From contig JBMOFC010000007.1 in NCBI GenBank assembly GCA_049314455.1, forward strand, positions 631 through 64,630: a DNA stretch of 64,000 nucleotides, in the 5' to 3' direction. This document shows, piece by piece, positions 63,364-64,000 of the stretch (the stretch's first letter is position 1; every line of letters starts with the position of its first letter). The stretch is from Chthoniobacterales bacterium (GTDB lineage Bacteria > Verrucomicrobiota > Verrucomicrobiia > Chthoniobacterales > UBA6821). The notes beneath the pieces are model-generated. The model was given only the letters and a program-made list of their open reading frames with translations, did no database searches and was not told the DNA's origin. The translations under genes and the position numbers were made by a program.

Positions 63364-64000
63364 TCAAGAGAGACTCTGCTTTTCGTGTTTCCAGTATTCT
63401 TGATAAAAAACAAGGAACAGAGGGAGTATCCAAAACAGCATTGAGAGCATTGGTGTGATGCCGTCTAGCTCTCGGAGTGTCAAATTAAGACGAATGATAT
63501 AAGCGATGATAAGTCCCATCCAAATGGAGATCATCTTAAAGCCATGAATCGCCCATCCCCAACGGACCAAGAGTGATGGTCCTTGGAGTAAAATCCACAA
63601 ATCAAAAGCAACATAAAGGTTCGATTTGATTCCCTCTGCGAGAAAAAGTGCATAAAAAGGGTTGTTATGGGAAAAATCGATTCCGCCGATCCCTATCATC
63701 ATCCATCCAAAAAGAGAGAAGAGGACCATCAAGGCAATATCAAGAGCATTGTAGCTTGGAAGACCTTTTTTGATGGCAGCGATTCTTGACCAGATGCGAA
63801 TACCACTGATTGTTTGATAAAGCGCATTCATGATGAGCCATAAAAAGAGAATCGGTTCGTATAAGCTCGTTTTAAAAAAAGGAGCCCAATGGTATTTAGA
63901 AACACTCTGTACAAATTGATTCGGAAAAACCGGGTTAATCAACATCAAAAACCCAGTGGCACAAATCACATAAACAGCAGGAACAGCAAGGCGGCCTATT
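63364..64000 (-). CDS. Polytopic membrane protein, probably 5'-truncated by the window end
   Basis: The hydrophobic ORF's reading frame stays open from 63969 to 64000 (...IGRLAVPAVYV-ICATGFLML...). No family was recognised. Confidence 0.5.
   Translation of the reverse strand, partial: IGRLAVPAVYVICATGFLMLINPVFPNQFVQSVSKYHWAPFFKTSLYEPILFLWLIMNALYQTISGIRIWSRIAAIKKGLPSYNALDIALMVLFSLFGWMMIGIGGIDFSHNNPFYALFLAEGIKSNLYVAFDLWILLQGPSLLVRWGWAIHGFKMISIWMGLIIAYIIRLNLTLRELDGITPMLSMLFWILPLFLVFYQEYWKHEKQSLS

Overview
Chromosomal window of moderate GC (judged by eye, not computed). The many prepilin-type FTLLE proteins and the gene content suggest a PVC-group, Verrucomicrobia-like bacterium, but this is only a taxonomic guess. 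All alignments and repeat comparisons were done by eye, and all family names are motif-level calls without database searches. Content: (1) a minus-strand type II secretion / pseudopilus operon (12980 down to 728). It runs two secreted non-T2SS proteins (one an RCC1-like propeller), then gspG-H-I-J-K, L-like, M-like, one unknown and secretin gspD, with a divergent gspE ATPase. No gspF or prepilin peptidase lies in the window. (2) Housekeeping genes: desaturase (partial), VanX-like dipeptidase, thiC, hflX, miaA, an RRM RNA-binding protein, asnB, queD, fumC, ruvC, lipB, nitroreductase, amtB-glnK and feoA-feoA-feoB. (3) A tandem array of four sulfotransferase-like paralogues with coiled-coil tails (30168-34757); one carries an in-frame stop and one a repeat insertion. 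(4) A eukaryotic-like Ser/Thr kinase translationally coupled to a secretion-chaperone-like protein, next to an MBL hydrolase and a TerB/FHA-like/ABCG-type transporter. (5) A glycosyltransferase cluster with a frameshifted CPBP protease, a methyltransferase, a GH31 glycosidase, an epimerase and a GT4. I recognised no rRNA, tRNA, CRISPR, transposase or phage genes. The most unusual property is that almost all intergenic DNA, and several stretches inside ORFs, is a mosaic of short repeat families. These include MITE-like elements with terminal inverted repeats, a GC hairpin, a ~148-bp element kept in frame inside two unrelated genes, repeat modules forming the leaders of three pseudopilin genes, and inverted repeats that bracket gene junctions and overlap stop and start codons.
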